Positions 63,069-64,000 of a DNA stretch of 64,000 nt are shown here, one piece after another. This DNA is from Geosiphon pyriformis uo1 (lineage: Eukaryota; Fungi; Glomeromycota): positions 418,924-482,923 of the forward strand of contig JAAOMT010000514.1 of the NCBI GenBank assembly GCA_016748015.1, read 5' to 3'. Position numbers and translations under genes: made by a program. The notes beneath the pieces are model-generated. The model was not told the origin of the DNA, ran no database searches, and saw only the letters and a list, made by a program, of their open reading frames with translations. Each line of letters starts with the position of its first letter. The stretch's first letter is position 1.

Positions 63069-63854
63069 GAATAATATTATAATTAAAAATTATAGTTTTT
63101 ATTAATAATTATTGATTTAATTAATAATTTGATTATTAATTACTTTAAGTAATTATATAAGCACTAAATTTTTTAACTGTAGAAAAATATATATAAAATT
63201 AAAACAATAAAATAATATTTATATAGTTAATACTTTTTTTATCACTTATTTTTCTTTTCAAATTTTTTATTTTTAAGTATTTAAATATTTATAAATAAAA
63301 AATTACTTGTTAATATTTACATATCTTATCTTTTTTTTGATTTGTATTGTTAAAATTAATTTGAAAAACAATTGTTTTTGTAATTTATTAAATAAAAAAA
63401 TAATTAAAAAGCATAATAATATTTGTTATTAATTCTAAAAATTACGAAATAAGACATAAAATAATAATAATTGTATTGTTTTATTAATAATTATGAATTA
63501 TTTTCAGATTTTTAGATTTTTCAAAAAAAATTAAGTAATTCTAATTATATATATTAAATCTATAAATTTAATTCATTTTTTTGATTAAATTTTTTCTTTA
63601 ATTATTTTTATTTTTTTTAACTTTTTTTTGCTATTTATTAATTTATTATTCTAATTCATAATAATATTTAAAAAATTTTATTATTATTAAAGCCAAATAA
63701 TAATTATTTAAATATTAAAATTTAAATATAAGTAAATAATATATTTAAAAATTTTATTATTATTAAATAATTAATGAATGAAGTTTTTTAAAATATTATA
63801 ATAATAAATTAAATCAAATTTTTAATAACAATATATAAGTATTAAATTTAAAAT

Positions 63855-64000
63855 GAGTTTTTCAACAATGCAAATTTGTCTTCAACTCTTCCCTCAACAT
63901 CAAGTAGTGTTGGTTCTCTGAACGTTCTTGGCTCTAGCAGTTTTATGTCTGTATGTGATCATCTGTCTCAAGTTGGTATTAGTAGTTTATCTGTATATAC
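63855..64000 (+). mobile_element. Probable 5'-truncated LINE ORF2 fragment running off the window
   Basis: Abrupt GC rise; open frame EFFNNANLSST...DHLSQVGISSLSVYT, resembling the lead-in to an RNase H SVYTDGS motif. Confidence 0.55.

Larger units (their letters stand above)
34716..63663 (+). mobile_element. Oldest visible layer: degenerate family A element A5 (IN 34716-35003 + 61914-62540, ORF3 remnant, 3' LTR ~63075-63663)
   Basis: Joining 35003 to 61918 gives TTTGTAGAAAACTAGAAATAT|GTTACAAACTTTT, matching A1 integrase at ~2485-2520. Decayed A-type ORF3 and LTR follow. Confidence 0.8.

Noticed and set aside
63664-63854. AT-rich stretch with a duplicated ~30 bp unit after the A5 LTR
   Set aside because: Too degenerate to assign; it may be an older element, but there is no diagnostic motif.

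Overview
AT-rich eukaryotic repeat region, most likely fungal. The element proteins resemble those I recall from Glomeromycota such as Geosiphon, but this is an unverified inference. I found no host gene. Nearly the whole window is a stack of decayed Ty3/Gypsy-type LTR retrotransposons (gag-CCHC, PR, RT, RH, IN order) from four LTR families, labelled A-D here. All LTRs have TGTTA...TAACA ends (some decayed) and 4-bp target-site duplications (TSDs). TSDs and rejoined host sequence give two nesting chains, oldest first: A5 < D0 < C1 < A1 < B1 < A2 < solo-B (7 layers) and A5 < A4 < A3 < solo-D < C2 (5 layers). There are also two solo-C LTRs and two young LINE-like fragments near the right end. 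Unusual shared features: (1) a conserved, non-env ~220-235 aa extra ORF after integrase that runs through the PPT into the 3' LTR in families A, B and C, intact in C2; (2) a dUTPase plus a Cys-rich domain between protease and RT in B, C and D; (3) a central pyrimidine-purine step in every TSD; (4) pervasive C>T/G>A decay that has converted YxDD to YxDN/YxNN in all seven RT copies. An 806-N assembly gap lies at 44417-45222.
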